Below, piece after piece: positions 41,573 to 54,729 of a DNA stretch of 64,000 nucleotides (positions are counted from its first letter, which is position 1; every line of letters starts with the position of its first letter). Location: assembly GCF_964195595.1 (NCBI RefSeq), contig NW_027441456.1:808127-872126 (forward strand), read 5' to 3'. The notes under the pieces are model-generated. The model ran no database searches and was not told the DNA's origin. It worked only from the letters and a program-made list of their open reading frames with translations. This DNA is from Calonectris borealis (lineage: Eukaryota). The position numbers were made by a program, and so were the translations under genes.

Positions 41573-42300
41573 ATCATAGAATCACAGAATATCAGGTTGG
41601 AAAGGACCTCAAAGATCATCTGGTCCAACCTTTCTTGGCAAAAGCATGGTCTAGACAAGATGGCCCAGCACCTTGTCCAGCTGAATCTTAAAAGTGTCCA
41701 ATGTTGGGGAATCCACCACCTCCCTGGGGAGATTATTCCAATGGCTGATTGTTCTCATTGTGAAAAATTTTCCTCTTGTGTCCAATCGGAATCTCCCCAG
41801 GAGTAACTTGTACCCATTATCCCTCCTCTTTTCCATATGACTCCTTGTATAAAAGGAGTCTCCATCTTTTTTGTAGCCACCCTTTAAATACTGGAACTCG
41901 GTGATAAGGTCTCCCCTAAGCCTTCTTTTCTCAGGACTGAACAAACCCAGCTCTCAGCCTTTCCTCATATGGCAGGCTTCCCAGTCCTTTGATCATCTTT
42001 GTGGCTCTCCAGCCTGTTCACATCTTTTTTGCGTAGCAGGGACCGAAACTGAACACACTATTCTAGGTGTGGCCTGACAAGTACGAGCAGAGTGGGATAA
42101 TGACTTCTTTATCTCCGCTGGTGATGCCCTTGTTGATGCAACCCAGCATCCTGTTGGCTTTCTTTGCCACAGCAGCACAACTGTTCACTCATATTGAGCT
42201 TGTTGTCCACCAGGACCCCCAGGTCCCTTTCCACAGAGCTGCTCCCCAGCCGGGTAGATCCCAGCCTGTGCTGCACTCCACCCCACAAGGTACACCTGGA
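41573..42300 (-). mobile_element. CR1 fragment (3' ~0.7 kb)
   Basis: Minus-strand ORF 41651..41944 '...RFRLDTRGKFFTMRTISHWNNLPREVVDSPTLDTFKIQLDKVLGHLV'. 3' end 'atcatagaatcacagaatatcaggttggaaaggacc'. Confidence 0.85.
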
Positions 42301-42530
42301 AGCCACCCCAAGGGTGTAGGACCCAGGGCTGGGGAAAGAGGTGCCTGGAGGGGCACCCCTTTCACAAACTCCTCTTGCTCCCTGGGATGAGCAGGGACCC
42401 AGCGCTGCAGGCTCATCTTGATGGCAGCCTCTCCCCATCCCTGCAGGCAGCAGCTGCCCAGCCCCAGCCCCATTGCACGCTGGCGGTGGGGCAACCACGG
42501 AAATGCCCTGAGGAGCTCCGGGTCCCTCAC

Positions 42531-42701
42531 CGGATGCTCTCCAGCTGCCAGGTAGAATTCTTCAGCCCCTTGCAGAGCAGCCGCACCCCAGGATCTCCCA
42601 GGTCCTTAGTACTGATGTCCAGCTGCTGCAGGCTCTGGTTGGTGCCGAGTGCGTCGGCCAGGTCCCCGCAGCTGGCACTGGTGATCTGGCAGCACTGCAG
42701 T
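42531..42701 (-). CDS. NLR LRR exon g: LQCCQITSASCGDLADALGTNQSLQQLDISTKDLGDPGVRLLCKGLKNSTWQLESIR
   Basis: Acceptor 'cctgcag', donor 'gtgaggg'. 171 bp. Confidence 0.8.
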
Positions 42702-42939
42702 CTGCAGGGAAGATGCCCCAGAGAGGAGCTGGGGGTCGTCAGCCCCTGTGCGGGATGCAGCCACCCAGCAGCCCCTCCCCAGCCAACACCCTGCCCACAC
42801 CCGGGACACACCCACCCCTCAGCCAATGAGGGGACAGCAAGGGAGACACTGCCTCCTCCCAGCCCTGCCAACGGCCTCCCCACAGCCAATCCCCTCCCAG
42901 AAGGGACCAAACGGGTCTTCTCAGAGGCGCAAAGGAGAA

Positions 42940-43060
42940 GGACGAGAGCAAATGAGGGAGGGAGGGAGGGAGGAAGGAAGGAAGGAAAAAAGCAAGGAAA
43001 AGAGGAAGACAGGAAAAAAGGAAGGGAGGAGGGAAGGAAGATCCTAGCGCGGTCCAGGAC
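42940..43060. repeat. Purine-rich (GGAA/GGGA)n microsatellite in an LRR intron
   Basis: 'gagggagggagggagggaggaaggaaggaaggaaaaaagcaaggaaaag...'. Confidence 0.9.
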
Positions 43061-43222
43061 TCTCTATCCGCAGGCTCCTCTTGCTCTCTGGGCAGGCAGG
43101 GAGGGAGCATGGGATGGTCAGGGACCCACACTCTCCCTGTCTTTGCAGGCAGCAGCTGCCCAGCCCCAGTCCCATCAAGTGCTGCCCAGGAGAAATGCCC
43201 TGAGCAGCCCTGGGTCCCTCAC

Positions 43223-43393
43223 CGCAGTTTCTCCAGCCGGCAGGCAGGATGCTTCAGCCCCTCGCACAGCAGCCTCATCCCAGCATCTCCCAGGTTGTTT
43301 CCACCAAGATGCAGCTCCCGCAGGCTCTGGTTGGTGCTGAGCACTGCAGCCAGGTCCCCACAGCAGGCGCTGGTGAGCTTGGACCACCACAAC
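43223..43393 (-). CDS. NLR LRR exon f: [57 protein letters not shown]
   Basis: Acceptor 'cctgcag', donor 'gtgaggg'. 171 bp. Confidence 0.8.
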
Positions 43394-43849
43394 CTGCAGG
43401 CACAGCAAATCAGAAATACAACGGATCTTGTCACAGCTGCGATGACAGATGCACACAGACGCACAGGCAGATGCACACACCTCACCAGGCCATTGCCCGA
43501 AAGCAATGGTCACAATCCCAAATCGCACATCCCTTGGCCAGTGAGGGGCTAGCGCTGGAGACAACGCCTGCTCCCAGCCCAGCCCAAGAATATCCACATA
43601 CATTAGGAAGTGCATATTGGGCACGGTGATGGGGAGAGCTCCCACACCCTTCCTGGGGAACCAGCATGGCTGGGCACCTCTCTGAAGTGCTGTTACACAG
43701 ATGCATGCAGGACAGGGAACAAACAAGAGGAACTGGAGGTCTGCGTGCAGTCGCAGGGCTTTAGTAGCTCACTGGAATCACAGAGTCATACCGGGATAGC
43801 TCAGCAGCTAGTGCTGCAATGAGTGGATACAGGCTTTTTTGGAAGGTCA

Positions 43850-45700
43850 TGCTGGGAAAGCAAGATGGGAGACTTGCCCTTTACATGAGAGAGTAGCAGA
43901 TCATAGCCCTGGACTTCAGGAGCACTGACCCTGGCCTGTTGAGAGGTCTGCAAGGAAGAATCCCATGACAGACTTTCCTCCAGAGAAGAGGGGTCAAGGC
44001 GAGCTGGTTGACAATCAAGGATCACCTCCTCCAAGCTCAACAACCATCCATCAAACATGAAAAGGAAGCATACAGGAGGTGGAAGCACAGGAAAGTGGCT
44101 TGGAAAGAATGTAGAGATGCTGTCCAAGTGTGCAGGGATCAGGTTAGGAAAGCCAAAGCCCAACTGGAGTTGAATCTGGTGAGGGATGTGAAGGGCAACA
44201 GGAAAGGCTTCTACAGGTACACGCGCAGCAGAATGAACAATACAGAAGATGTGGGCCTGCTGCTGAACGGGAGTAGGGACCTGGTCACAAAGGACATGCA
44301 GAAGGCTAAAGTACTGAATGCCTTCTTCACCTCAGTCTTCACTGGTAAGACTGGCCTTCAGCAATTCCAGGTCCCTGAGACCAATGGGAGAGTCCAGGGC
44401 AAGGTGGACTTATCCTTGGTGCAGAGAACCAGCATGGGGAATGTTTAAGCAAACGGGACATAGGTAAGTTCATGGACCTGATGGGATGCACCCACAAGGG
44501 CTGAGGGAGCTGACTGGTGTCACTGCAAGGCCACTTTTGATAATCTCTGAAAGGTCATGACGATCAGGGCAGGTTCCTGAAGTCTGGAAGAACACAAATT
44601 TTGCCCTATTTTCAAGACAGACAAGAAAGAGGATCCAGGGAACTACAGGCTGGTCAGTCACCTCCATCCTAGGAAAGGTGATGGAGCAAATAATCCCGGG
44701 AACCACTTCTGAATACAGGAAGGACACGAAGGTGACTGGGAGTACTCTGCATGGATTTGCAAAGGGCAAATCATGTCTGACCAACCTGATAGCTGTCTTT
44801 GGTAAAATGAGTGGCTTGGTGCATGAGGAGAGAGCCTTGGATGTCATTTATCTCAACTTCAGAAGGGATTTTGACCCTGTCTTCTGCAACACCCACTTAG
44901 ACAAACTGATGACTATTGGCTAGAAAAGCAGACAGTGAGATGGATTTAAAACCGGCTGAATGGCTCGACTCAAGGATTGTGGCACTGAGTCTACCTGGAG
45001 GCCAGTCACCAGTGGTGTACCCCAGAGGTCAACACTGGGGCTAATACTGTTGAACATCTTCATTAGACACCGGGACTGAGTGCACCCTCAGCAAGTTTGC
45101 AGATGATACAAAAGTAGAGGAGAGGCTGACAGACCAGGTGAGCATGCAACCATTCAGAGGGATCTGGACAGGCTGGAGAAATGGGCTGACAGGAACCTCA
45201 TGAAGTCCCACAAGGGGAAGTGCAAAGTCTTTCATATTGGGATGAGTAACTCCATACACCAGTAGAGGCTTACTGGCTGGAAAGCAGCTTGGCAGAAAAG
45301 GACCTGCGGGTCCTGGTGGACACCAAGTTGACTATGAGCCAGCAATGTGTCCTTGCCGCAACAAAGGCTGAGGGTATCCCGGGCTGCATTAGGAAGAGTG
45401 TTGCCAGCAGGTGGAGGGAGGTGATCCTTCCCCTCTACTCAGCACTGGAGTGAGGCTCCACCTGGAGTGCTGTGCCCAGTTCTGGGCTCCCCAGTACAAG
45501 GGAGACATGGCCGTACTGGAGAGAGACCAACAAAAGGCCAACGAAGGATGATGAAGGGACTGGAGCACCTCACATACGAGGAAAGGCTGAGAAGGCTGGC
45601 ACTGTTTAGCCTGGAGAAGAGAAGGCTCAGGCTCATCAGGCTCTCTCAGGACCAGAAGGAGCCTGGAGAGCAGATTTGGTCAGGGACTCTGGGAAGTAAA
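43850..45700 (+). mobile_element. CR1 LINE fragment (ORF2 middle/RT region, 3' end missing) within the NLR gene intron between LRR exons e and f
   Basis: Plus-strand ORFs 44008..44448, 44678..44923 (TGSTLHGFAKGKSCLTNLIAVFGKMSGLVHEERALDVIYLNF...) and 45467..45703 (...[25 protein letters not shown]) are CR1 ORF2-like. Confidence 0.8.
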
Positions 45701-47148
45701 TGAAGAGCCCCTTGGGAAGACAGTGCAGGGTGACCACCGCTTGGCATGTGGAGATGGAAGAGGGGAATTGTGGCAGAGAGGGCTGGCACTGTGCACCAGC
45801 GGGTCACTCCACAGCCACATTCACTTTCAGCAGCTCACACAGCCAAGTTCTGCGGCACCAGGAGGAGAAACCCACACCAGCTCCGCCTGGCATCCCGGCA
45901 CCCAGCAGCAGCCCCTGGCAAGCCAGCTGCAGTGATATGGCAGTGAGGCTTCTTGGTGCTAAGCATGGCCAAGGAATGGCTGCCAAGTGATGCGCTCCTG
46001 TCTGCGTGAGTGTCTCGCAGAGAATTGCACTGTCTTTCTGCACGTGTGCCCCCAGCCTTGGCTCCCAGGTACAGCTGCACTGATGGGGTCCGTGCTGCCC
46101 GCAGCCGAGCCTATGGGGAACAGAGATGGGAAGATGGACCTCCTGGTTCAGAGAACCCTTTCTTCTGGGTTGGGTTTTGAAACTTCCTTGGGCAAAGGGA
46201 TCCCAAGAGAGTGTCCTCATTCAGTCCCCTCAGTGGGGACCGTGACAGAGAAGCATGGCTCAGAGTGCGCAGTCCAGCAAGAAGCAATGCTTGGAAACAC
46301 TGAGACGTGTGTTTGGAGATGGCTAACTGTAGCCATGCCCGGGTAGCCAGGGGTCACACAGATCAGCTGACAGAGGACTGTGGCAGTAACGGAAGGAAAT
46401 GGCAGGGGCACTTTCTCTTTGAGCGTTTCCATGAGTCTTTTCACTCCTGTCAGTGGCATGTTTCTGAGATACACCTCTGGATTGGTCCAGTCGTTGTGCC
46501 CCGTTTCACCCTGCGGAGCAGCCTCAGAGGGTGAGAACTGGGTTCCTTTGCGATGAGCTGGCCCAAGAAGTTGTGCTCCGGGAGCACAGCTAATGTGCTC
46601 CAGCTGTTTGTAGGCTTTCGGTTCATAGCACAAGACCAAAGGTAAGCCAAAAGGAAAGCAACCCAAAATGTCCCAAGTGTGAACATCAGGCCCTCTACAT
46701 CAGCAGTTTTGTTCCATGTACCCAATGTCCTGGCTCTTCACTGCTGGCAAATTTGGACATGGCCTTTCAGCAGACCCATTTCCTCAATAATTCCTGCTGG
46801 TTCTTATCCCCAACCATCCTTCCCACTGCTTTGGGCCCATCATGGTGGAGACAAGGAATGGGAATTTCTGGCCATTTTGTTTTGTCCAGTCATCTCAGTG
46901 TGTATGCTAGTGGCCACACTGCTGTAAGGGGGGAAGTAGGGGTGGATGCTGCTGATTAAAAAACTCAAGTGCCATGGGCTATGCCCCACACAGCCTTGAT
47001 ATCCACATGCAGCTTTCAGAGATGACACAAGGCCTGTACTTGAGCCCTGAAATTTGGGATGGCAGCGGGGGGTCAAGAAGCCTGTGGGAAAAAGGCCTGA
47101 TGGGAGAGGGAGTGTTAACAGCACACGAAAATCCTTAGGGAGCCTCAC

Positions 47149-47319
47149 CGCAGTTTCTCCAGCCGGCAGGAGGGATGCTTTAGGCCCTCGCACAGCAGGC
47201 GCACCCCCGCGTCTCCAACGTCATTATCACCCAGGTCCAGCTCCCGCAGACTCGGGCTGGTGCTGAGCAGAGTGGCCAGGTCCCCGCAGCCGGTGCTGGT
47301 GATTTGGCAGTGCTGCAGC
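47149..47319 (-). CDS. NLR LRR exon e: [57 protein letters not shown]
   Basis: Acceptor 'cctgcag', donor 'gtgaggc'. 171 bp. Confidence 0.8.
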
Positions 47320-48096
47320 CTGCAGGGGAGGCACACGAAGAGGAGCTGTGAGGTTGTCACAGCCACCAAGAGACAGACGCACTCACCCACCCACCAGCCT
47401 TCCCAGTTTAATCCCACTAGTCCCCGACCCGGAGCTTCCCCAGTCACTGGGCACTTCCCAAGGCTACAGACAACAAACGGGAATTTCTGGGCACTTTGTT
47501 TTGTTCACAAAGTCATCTCAGCATGCACGCTAGTCATCCCACCACCATAGTGGTAATTGTGCGGCTGTGTTCCCGTGGCTTGGCAGAGTGCTCTAGAGCC
47601 ACAGGAGATGCCCCACGTGGCTCAAACATCCAGGCAGAGCTCGCAGAGACAACACAGGGCCTGCACAAGAGCCCCAACATTCGGCATGGCAGCCAGGGTG
47701 GTGATGTGAGTAAAAGCAAGGACTGGGAGGGAGCTGAGTGGCGCAGCCCAGGATGACTTGGGCCTGGCAGAAGAGGGACTTCCCACAAGGATGTGTCCTC
47801 TGCCCTCCTCCGGTGCCCACTCACGTGGGACTGAACACCCTGGACTCAGCAGACGCCGGGGCTGGGGAAACAGGTGCCTGGAGGTGCACCCCTTTCACGC
47901 ACTCCTCGTGCTCTCCAGGCAGGCAGGCAGGGAGCACAGGATGAGCAGGGACCCAGCGCTGCAGGCTCACCTCGACGGCAGCCTCTTCCCATCCCTGCAG
48001 GCAGCAGCTGCCCAGCCCCAGTCCCAGCCCAGACCCCATCAAGGGCTGCCCACAAGGCAGCCAGGGAAATGCCCCAAGGGGCCCTGGATCCTTCAC

Positions 48097-48267
48097 CCCA
48101 AGATCTCCAGCCGGCAGGTGGGTTGCTTCAGGCCCTCGAACAGCAGCTGCACCCCAGCGTCTCCAAAATCATTATCACCCAGGTCCAGCTCCCGCAAACT
48201 CAGGCTGATGCCGAGCGCAGTGGCCAGGTCCCCGCAGCCAGTGCTGGTCAGCTGGCAATATCGCAAC
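48097..48267 (-). CDS. NLR LRR exon d: [57 protein letters not shown]
   Basis: Acceptor 'cctgcag', donor 'gtgaagg'. 171 bp. Confidence 0.8.
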
Positions 48268-48589
48268 CTGCAGGGGAGACACACCAAAAGGAGCCACAAG
48301 ACCATCACAGCCACCAGGACAGATGTAACCACCCAGCAGCCTCTCAACAGGCCTGTGCCCACATGCCACGGCCAGAAACCCTGCCCACACTCATGGGAGC
48401 CAGTGCTTTACCAAGAGCTTGGTGCTGGAGTGACCGCTTGCTCCAAGCCTGGCTCTCGGCCTCCTCTGAGCCCATTTCTTCCGAGAAGGGAACAAATGGC
48501 TCTTCTCAGTGGTGCGTAATGGAAAGATAAGAGGTAACAGGCACGACTTCCAACAGAGGAAACTAATTAGACTTTAGATCTCTCCATCC

Positions 48590-48790
48590 CTGTTCCCCCA
48601 TGAGTGTGGTCACAGTGGAACAGGACCCCACAGAGGCTGTGGGATCCTCATCCTTTAAAACATTCCTAACCCAGTTGGACAAGACCCTGAACAACAGAAC
48701 CTACGGCAGCCCAGCTTTGAACACGAAGAAGTGCTGGACGACTTCTGGAGGTCCCCTCCTACATAAACTACTTTATGATTCTGGATCTGG
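48590..48790 (+). mobile_element. CR1-like 3'-terminal fragment (second copy at ~53935-54115) embedded in a duplicated intronic segment
   Basis: '...ggacaagaccctgaacaacagaacctacggcagcccagctttgaac...tggaggtcccctcctacataaactactttatgattctggatc' resembles a CR1-subfamily 3' end. Both copies are nearly identical. Confidence 0.5.
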
Positions 48791-49479
48791 GCAAGACCCT
48801 GCTCATTAACTGCCCTTCTGCAAATGGCTGGAGCTGTGGAGACTCTGGAAAACAGGCCTATTCCTAGAATCCTTCAGACCCTGCCTGCACTCAGGACATA
48901 CATGTAGGGATGCACTCCTTCAGCCGAAAATGCAGCAACACTAACTCCCCCTTTGCCAACACAATCCTTGCTGCTGGGCTTGCTCATTCACGGCATTCAT
49001 CCACTCCTCTCTCCAGGACATCCTTCTGCTGCCCAGCTGCTCTCTTCCCGCTTGGAGGGGAGAGCAGGCAAGATCACTTTAATTGTCCAGCCCACCTGCC
49101 TGTGCTTCAGGATCCATTTCCTCCTGCCTTGCCTTCACATATCCTTATGCATCCCTTTAAGCTTCCATGGAATCACTCTCCTGCCCTAGGCCAACAGTGG
49201 GAAGCACCAGCTTAGCACATTTCCTTCCACCTGTTCAATGATCTTGAAAAAGTGAATACTGCTACTCTCCTCCCTTCACAAGTTCTGCCCATTTGTAAAA
49301 GCCCCTCTCTGCTGAGAAGCCTTAGGGCTTCCTCACTTTCTCCTCTGGGAGAAGCCTTTGCCCCTCAATATCAGGTGATGGGCACCAGGGAATCCTGCAA
49401 GTCATCTCAGCTGGCACCGGCCACCTCCATGTGGGATCGGCCAAGCCCCTCCAAGTAGTGCATGGCAGATGTTTTTCTT

Positions 49480-50345
49480 CTCCTAGAGGATCTCATTGAG
49501 CAACTTCTAAACCAGCTTCTGTGTAGAGATGCCTTTTTCCTCAGTGCAAGCAGACATCAAGAACTGTATGAAGTTTAGCAAAGACAAATGCAAGGTCCTG
49601 TACCTGGGACAACATAACCAAAGAGCCCAGTACAGGCAAGCATTGGTGTGACTGGGGAGCAGCCTTGCTGAAAGGGACCTGGGGTCCTGGTAGACAATAA
49701 GCTGAATGTGAGTCAGCAGTACACTGCTGCAGCAATGAAGGCAAATCAGATCCCGGCCTGCAACCGCAGGGGCATGGCTAGGAGAGAGAGAGATGTGATC
49801 ATCCCACTCTCCTTCATGCTTATCAGGCCACACCTGGAGTACTGTGTCCAGTTCTGGTCCCTACAATTCAAGAAAGACGTGGACAGACTGGAGAGAGTCC
49901 AAAGGAGTGCCACAGAGATGATCATGAGATCATGAGAACCTGCCCTATGAGGAAAGACTGAAGGAGTTAGGTCTCTTCTGCCTGGAGAAGAGAAAGCTCA
50001 GGGAGGAACTCATGACAGTATTCCAGAACTTAAAGGGTAGCTACAAAGAGGATGGAGGCGCTCTCTTCACAAGGAGCCACATGGAGAAGACAAGGGGCAA
50101 TGGGTACAAGTTGCACTGGGAGAGGTTTCATCTCAACATAAGAAAGAAATATTTCACAGTAAGAACAATCATTCACTGGAACAACCTTCCCAGGTAGAGT
50201 CCCCATCGCTGGAGGTTTTCAAGATGTGATTGGACAAGTTGCTAGATAATCTCCTCTAGGTTCCCTTTCCCACAAACAGTTGGACCAGATGATCTTTCGA
50301 GGTCCCTTCCAGTCTGGGCTATTCTATGATTCTATGATCATCCAT
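49480..50345 (+). mobile_element. CR1 LINE fragment with intact 3' end
   Basis: ORFs 49708..49935 (...PHLEYCVQFWSLQFKKDVDRLERVQRSATEMI) and 50012..50197 (...YKLHWERFHLNIRKKYFTVRTIIHWNNLPR). 3' end 'ccagatgatctttcgaggtcccttccagtctgggctattctatgattctatgatc'. Confidence 0.9.
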
Positions 50346-51160
50346 TCTGATTCATGCAAGAGATCATTTGAGAAGAGGAGGTGTCCATCGTAGTATTTGA
50401 GGCTGTGTTCTCCTTGGTAGTTTCGTGCTACTGCTCCCATTTCAGTCACAAAGATGCCAGGCTGAATCCCATTGCCCAAAGAGAGGGGTCCAGGGCTGAC
50501 TGAGAGATGGGGTTGACTGGATCGTGATCTGGGGCTTGCAAACATGACACAGAGCCAACAAACCTCAATGCCAGGAAGGCTGTATGAGAAAAGCAACAGC
50601 TTAGAAAGGTAGCTGAGTGACCCAACTCCTGTCAACTCCTGACCATGGTCACAGCGTGCTAACACAGACGTCGTGCACTGGAGGAATTCAGGGACTGACT
50701 CTCCAGCTCAGTTCCACTGGGTGTGTCCCAGAGGAGATCCCTGTGTTTCAGTTGGCCACCCTGAGGCCTGTCCTTTGCAGGAGGAGAGACAGGGTCGCCC
50801 TGGGAGGCGTGCAGCTCTCTGGGGTGCTGCAGAGTCCTACGCTGGAGCAATGAGTTGGTCATGGCAGAAGATCGCCTTTCCGCAAGGATGTGTCCTCTGC
50901 CCTCCCCCGGTGCCCGCTCACCTGGGACTGAACACCCCGGACACAGCAGACACCAGGGCTGGGGAAACAGGTGCCTGGAGGGGCACCCCTCTACACAATC
51001 TTGCTCTCCGGGCAGGCAGGGAGGGAGCACGGGATGAGCAGGGACCCAGCACTGCAGGCTCACTTCCATGGCAGCCTCTCCCCATCCCTGCAGGCAGCAG
51101 CTGCCCAGCTCCATCAAGTGTTGCCCGGGGAAATGCCCCAAGGAGCCCCAGGTCCCTCAC

Positions 51161-51331
51161 CCCACATTCTCCAGCCGGCAGGTGGGATGCTTCAGCCCCT
51201 CGCACAGCAGCCGCACTCCAGCGTCTCCCAGGTCATTAGAACCAACATCCAGCTCCCGCAGGCTCTGGTTGGTGCTGAGCGCAGTGGCCAGGTCCCCACA
51301 GCCGGCACTGGTGAGCCGGCACCACCACAGC
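51161..51331 (-). CDS. NLR LRR exon c: [57 protein letters not shown]
   Basis: Acceptor 'ccacag', donor 'gtgaggg'. 171 bp. Confidence 0.8.
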
Positions 51332-52802
51332 CTGTGGAGAGACACACCAAAGAGCCAGGGGTCATGGCAGCCACTGGGACCAACGCACCCGACCCTGCCC
51401 TCCCCACCCACCCATCCCAGCCGCTCCCTCCAGTCCTACCCACTAGGTGCTGGGCCAGTCGGGGTGGTGGTGATGGAGTGAGGCCCAATCCCAGCTGGCC
51501 ACGGGGCTGCCCTGGCCCGACGCCAGGCAATGCTCCCCATGGTCGCTGGGCCTCTGGCTGCCCCCAGCCCCACGCTCGCCATGCGCCAGGTCCCACAGAA
51601 ACCCCACTGGCAGAGGGACAGCAGGGGGAGAACAGAGGAGGAGACGGATGGAGGTCAGAGGAGAGCCCTGCCCCATGGACTGCTGTGCTGGGGCACAGAC
51701 CTGCAGCCAAATGATGACGTGCTATGTGACAGTGTGATGAAAGACTGAAGGGCTCAGCAGCCCTGGGAGAGTGCTCAGAGCTCTCAGGCATGGGATCAGG
51801 AGGGCAAGAGGGGAAGTGTGGCAGAAGTTAATGGACAGAAGGGACCAGGAGGACACTACAGACACCCAAAAGGCCACAGCAGGATGAGTGATAGACCAGA
51901 TCTTCTCCAAGACCCTGCAGCTTAACAGCCCCAACCTGCAGCTGGAGTACTGTACTGGAGGAGGGGCAGGAGTCTGCATCCATCAGGGTGGAAAGTGGAG
52001 AATCCTAGGATGGTGAAGGCTGGAAGCTTTTAACTTCTGACGCTATGAGGAAGGCTCCTGCTTCACCCCAAGATTTGCAATGCCAGAACAGATTCAGTGT
52101 TGTAGTAGCTGGCAAGGGGCTGGGACCTCCCTTCAATGAAGTACTCAAGGCAGCTAAACTTCAGCCGTGCAACAGAAACAGGAAGAGTGGTGAGTATATA
52201 GCAGCAGATGACTCGCGGCTGTGGGGGATGGATGCTGCCACTGGTCGACCCGACACCGTGGTCTTGGTTGCTGACAAGGGGCTGTTAGTGCACAGCGTGC
52301 TAACACAGACGTCGTGCACTGGAGGAATTCAGGGACTGACTCTCCAGCTCAGTTCCACTGGGTGTGTCCCAGAGGAGATCCCTGTGTTTCAGTTGGCCAC
52401 CCTGAGGCCTGTCCTTTGCAGGAGGAGAGACACGCTCCCCCTGGGAGGCGTGCAGCTCTCTGGGGTGCTGCAGAGTCCTACGCTGGAGCAATGAGTTGAT
52501 CATGGCAGAAGATCGCCTTTCCGCAAGGATGTTGTCCTCTGCCCTCCCCCGGTGCCCGCTCATGTGGGACTGAACACCCCGGACACAGCAGACACCAGGG
52601 CTGGGGAAACAGGTGCCTGGAGGGGCACCCCTCTACACAATCTTGCTCTCCGGGCAGGCAGGGAGGGAGCACGGGATGAGCAGGGACCCAGCACTGCAGG
52701 CTCACTTCCATGGCAGCCTCTCCCCATCCCTGCAGGCAGCAGCTGCCCAGCTCCATCAAGTGTTGCCCGGGGAAATGCCCCAAGGAGCCCCAGGTCCCTC
52801 AC

Positions 52803-52973
52803 CGCAGTTTCTCCAGCCGGCAGGTGGGATGCTTCAGCCCCTCGCACAGCAGCCGCACTCCAGCGTCTCCCAGCTTGTTATCACCGATGTCGAGGTCCCT
52901 CAGTCTCTGGTTGGTGCTGAGCACTGCACCCAGGTCCTCACAGCCAGCGCTGGTTAATTCACACGCCCCCAGC
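52803..52973 (-). CDS. NLR LRR exon b: ...[54 protein letters not shown]
   Basis: Acceptor 'cctgcag', donor 'gtgaggg'. 171 bp, same phase. Confidence 0.8.
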
Positions 52974-54729
52974 CTGCAGGGAATGCACATGGGGAAGACT
53001 CTCAGCATTGCCAGCCCAGCCTGCCACCTTTCCTCCCCTGGCAGCGAGGGCCAAGAAGGGGCCCCCAGGCAGGGAGCCCTGCAGGCAGGGTGCTGGGAAG
53101 AGCTGGGCGAGCGGCCATCAGCTCAGCCCAGGCAGGGTTGCCCCCCTGCCTAGAGCCAGATGCAACACCCATCTCCTCTGACCCTCCAGCTCCCACAGAG
53201 AGACTCTTGCTGGCACAGCAGCCAGACTGTGCTGGCTTCTGGCCCCTGACAGCTGGCTGTGGGCCACCTCATGAGCCCTCATCCATTCGAACCCTCCCCT
53301 CCTCATCTGAGACTTTCCAGTGCTTCCTGCAGCTGGTCAGGAACAGGCTAACACACGGCAAGAAACCCTACCCCTTGGCAGGGCCCTTCCTAGCACAAGC
53401 CCTCCTCCAAACTTTGCTCTGAGTACTGAAATGCCACCCCAATCTACAGCTAACTGAGCCCCACGTATTTAAAGAGTGGTTTTGTTCCTCCCACCTGACA
53501 GGGAGAGTGTTCCCGTCAGAAAGTGGGAGGCTATGGGGAAGGGAAAAAAACCCGCCACGCAGCTCAATGGTGAAATCAAGAGGAAGGAGCCTTCACAATT
53601 CAACAGGAAAGCAGAATGTTTTGATAAATGCATGAAAATCAAAAGAAATAATGGTCGCCCCAATGCAAGAATGCACCATTGGGAACTGGTGCAAGCCCAG
53701 CAGAGGAGCACAAAAATGGCTAGGGGGCTGCGGCAACATGAGATATGAGGAGAGGCCGAGAGCACAGGGTTTGTTGAATCAAGGGAAGAGAAGTCCAAGG
53801 GTGCAATCTTATTGCTGTTACCAGATACTTCCTGGGACAGTGAGTCCTAGGTGCACAGAGGTGCACAGGAAACTAGACTTCAGATCTCTCTGTTCCCTGT
53901 TCCCCGTCCCCCCACGATCAGTGTGGTCAAACAGGGGAACAGGACCCCAGAGAGGCTGTGGGATCCTCATCCTTTAAAACATTCCTAACCCAGTTGGACA
54001 AGACCCTGAACAACAGAACCTACGGCAGCCCAGCTTTGAACATGAAGAAGTGCTGGACGACTTCTGGAGGTCCCCTCCTACATAAACTACTTTATGATTC
54101 TGGATCTGGGCAAGACCCTGCTCATTAACTGCCCTTCTGCAAATGGCTGGAGCTGTGGAGAGTCTGGAAAACAGGCCTATTCCTAGAATCCTTCAGACCC
54201 TGCCTGCACTCAGGACATACATGTAGGGATGCACTCCTTCAGCCGAAAATGCAGCAACACTAACTCCCCCTTTGCCAACACAATCCCTGCTGCTGGGCTT
54301 GCTCATTCATGGCATTCATCCACTCCTCTCTCCAGGACATCCTTCTGCTGCCCAGCTGCTCTCTTCCCACTTGGAGGGGAGAGCAGGCAAGATCACTTTA
54401 ATTGCCCAGCCCACCTGCCTGTGCTTCAGGATCCATTTCCTCCCACATTAGCTCTATGCGACCACCCCAGCTTCAGCCATGTTGCTTGCATGTCCCAGTA
54501 CAACGGTGGGGACCTCAAGCTTAGCAGCACTTTCACCCACCCCACGATCTTGAAAGAGCTGTCTCCCTTTTCAGGAATTCATCCCCTCTCTCAGCTTGCC
54601 TCTCTGATGAGTGCCATTTGGGAAACACCACTTCCATCTCCACGTACCAGTTGGCAGCAGCAGCTGCCCAGCCCCAGCCCCATCGAGTGCTGCCCAGGGA
54701 AACACCCCGAGGAGCTCCAGGTCTCTCAC

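Noticed and set aside
42375-43340. 321-aa plus-strand ORF and similar ORFs (47758..48519, 50971..51714, 54229..55227) overlapping the LRR exons
   Set aside because: They are antisense to the NLR LRR exons and duplicated intron cassettes. Their repetition mirrors the cassette duplication and they have no homology.
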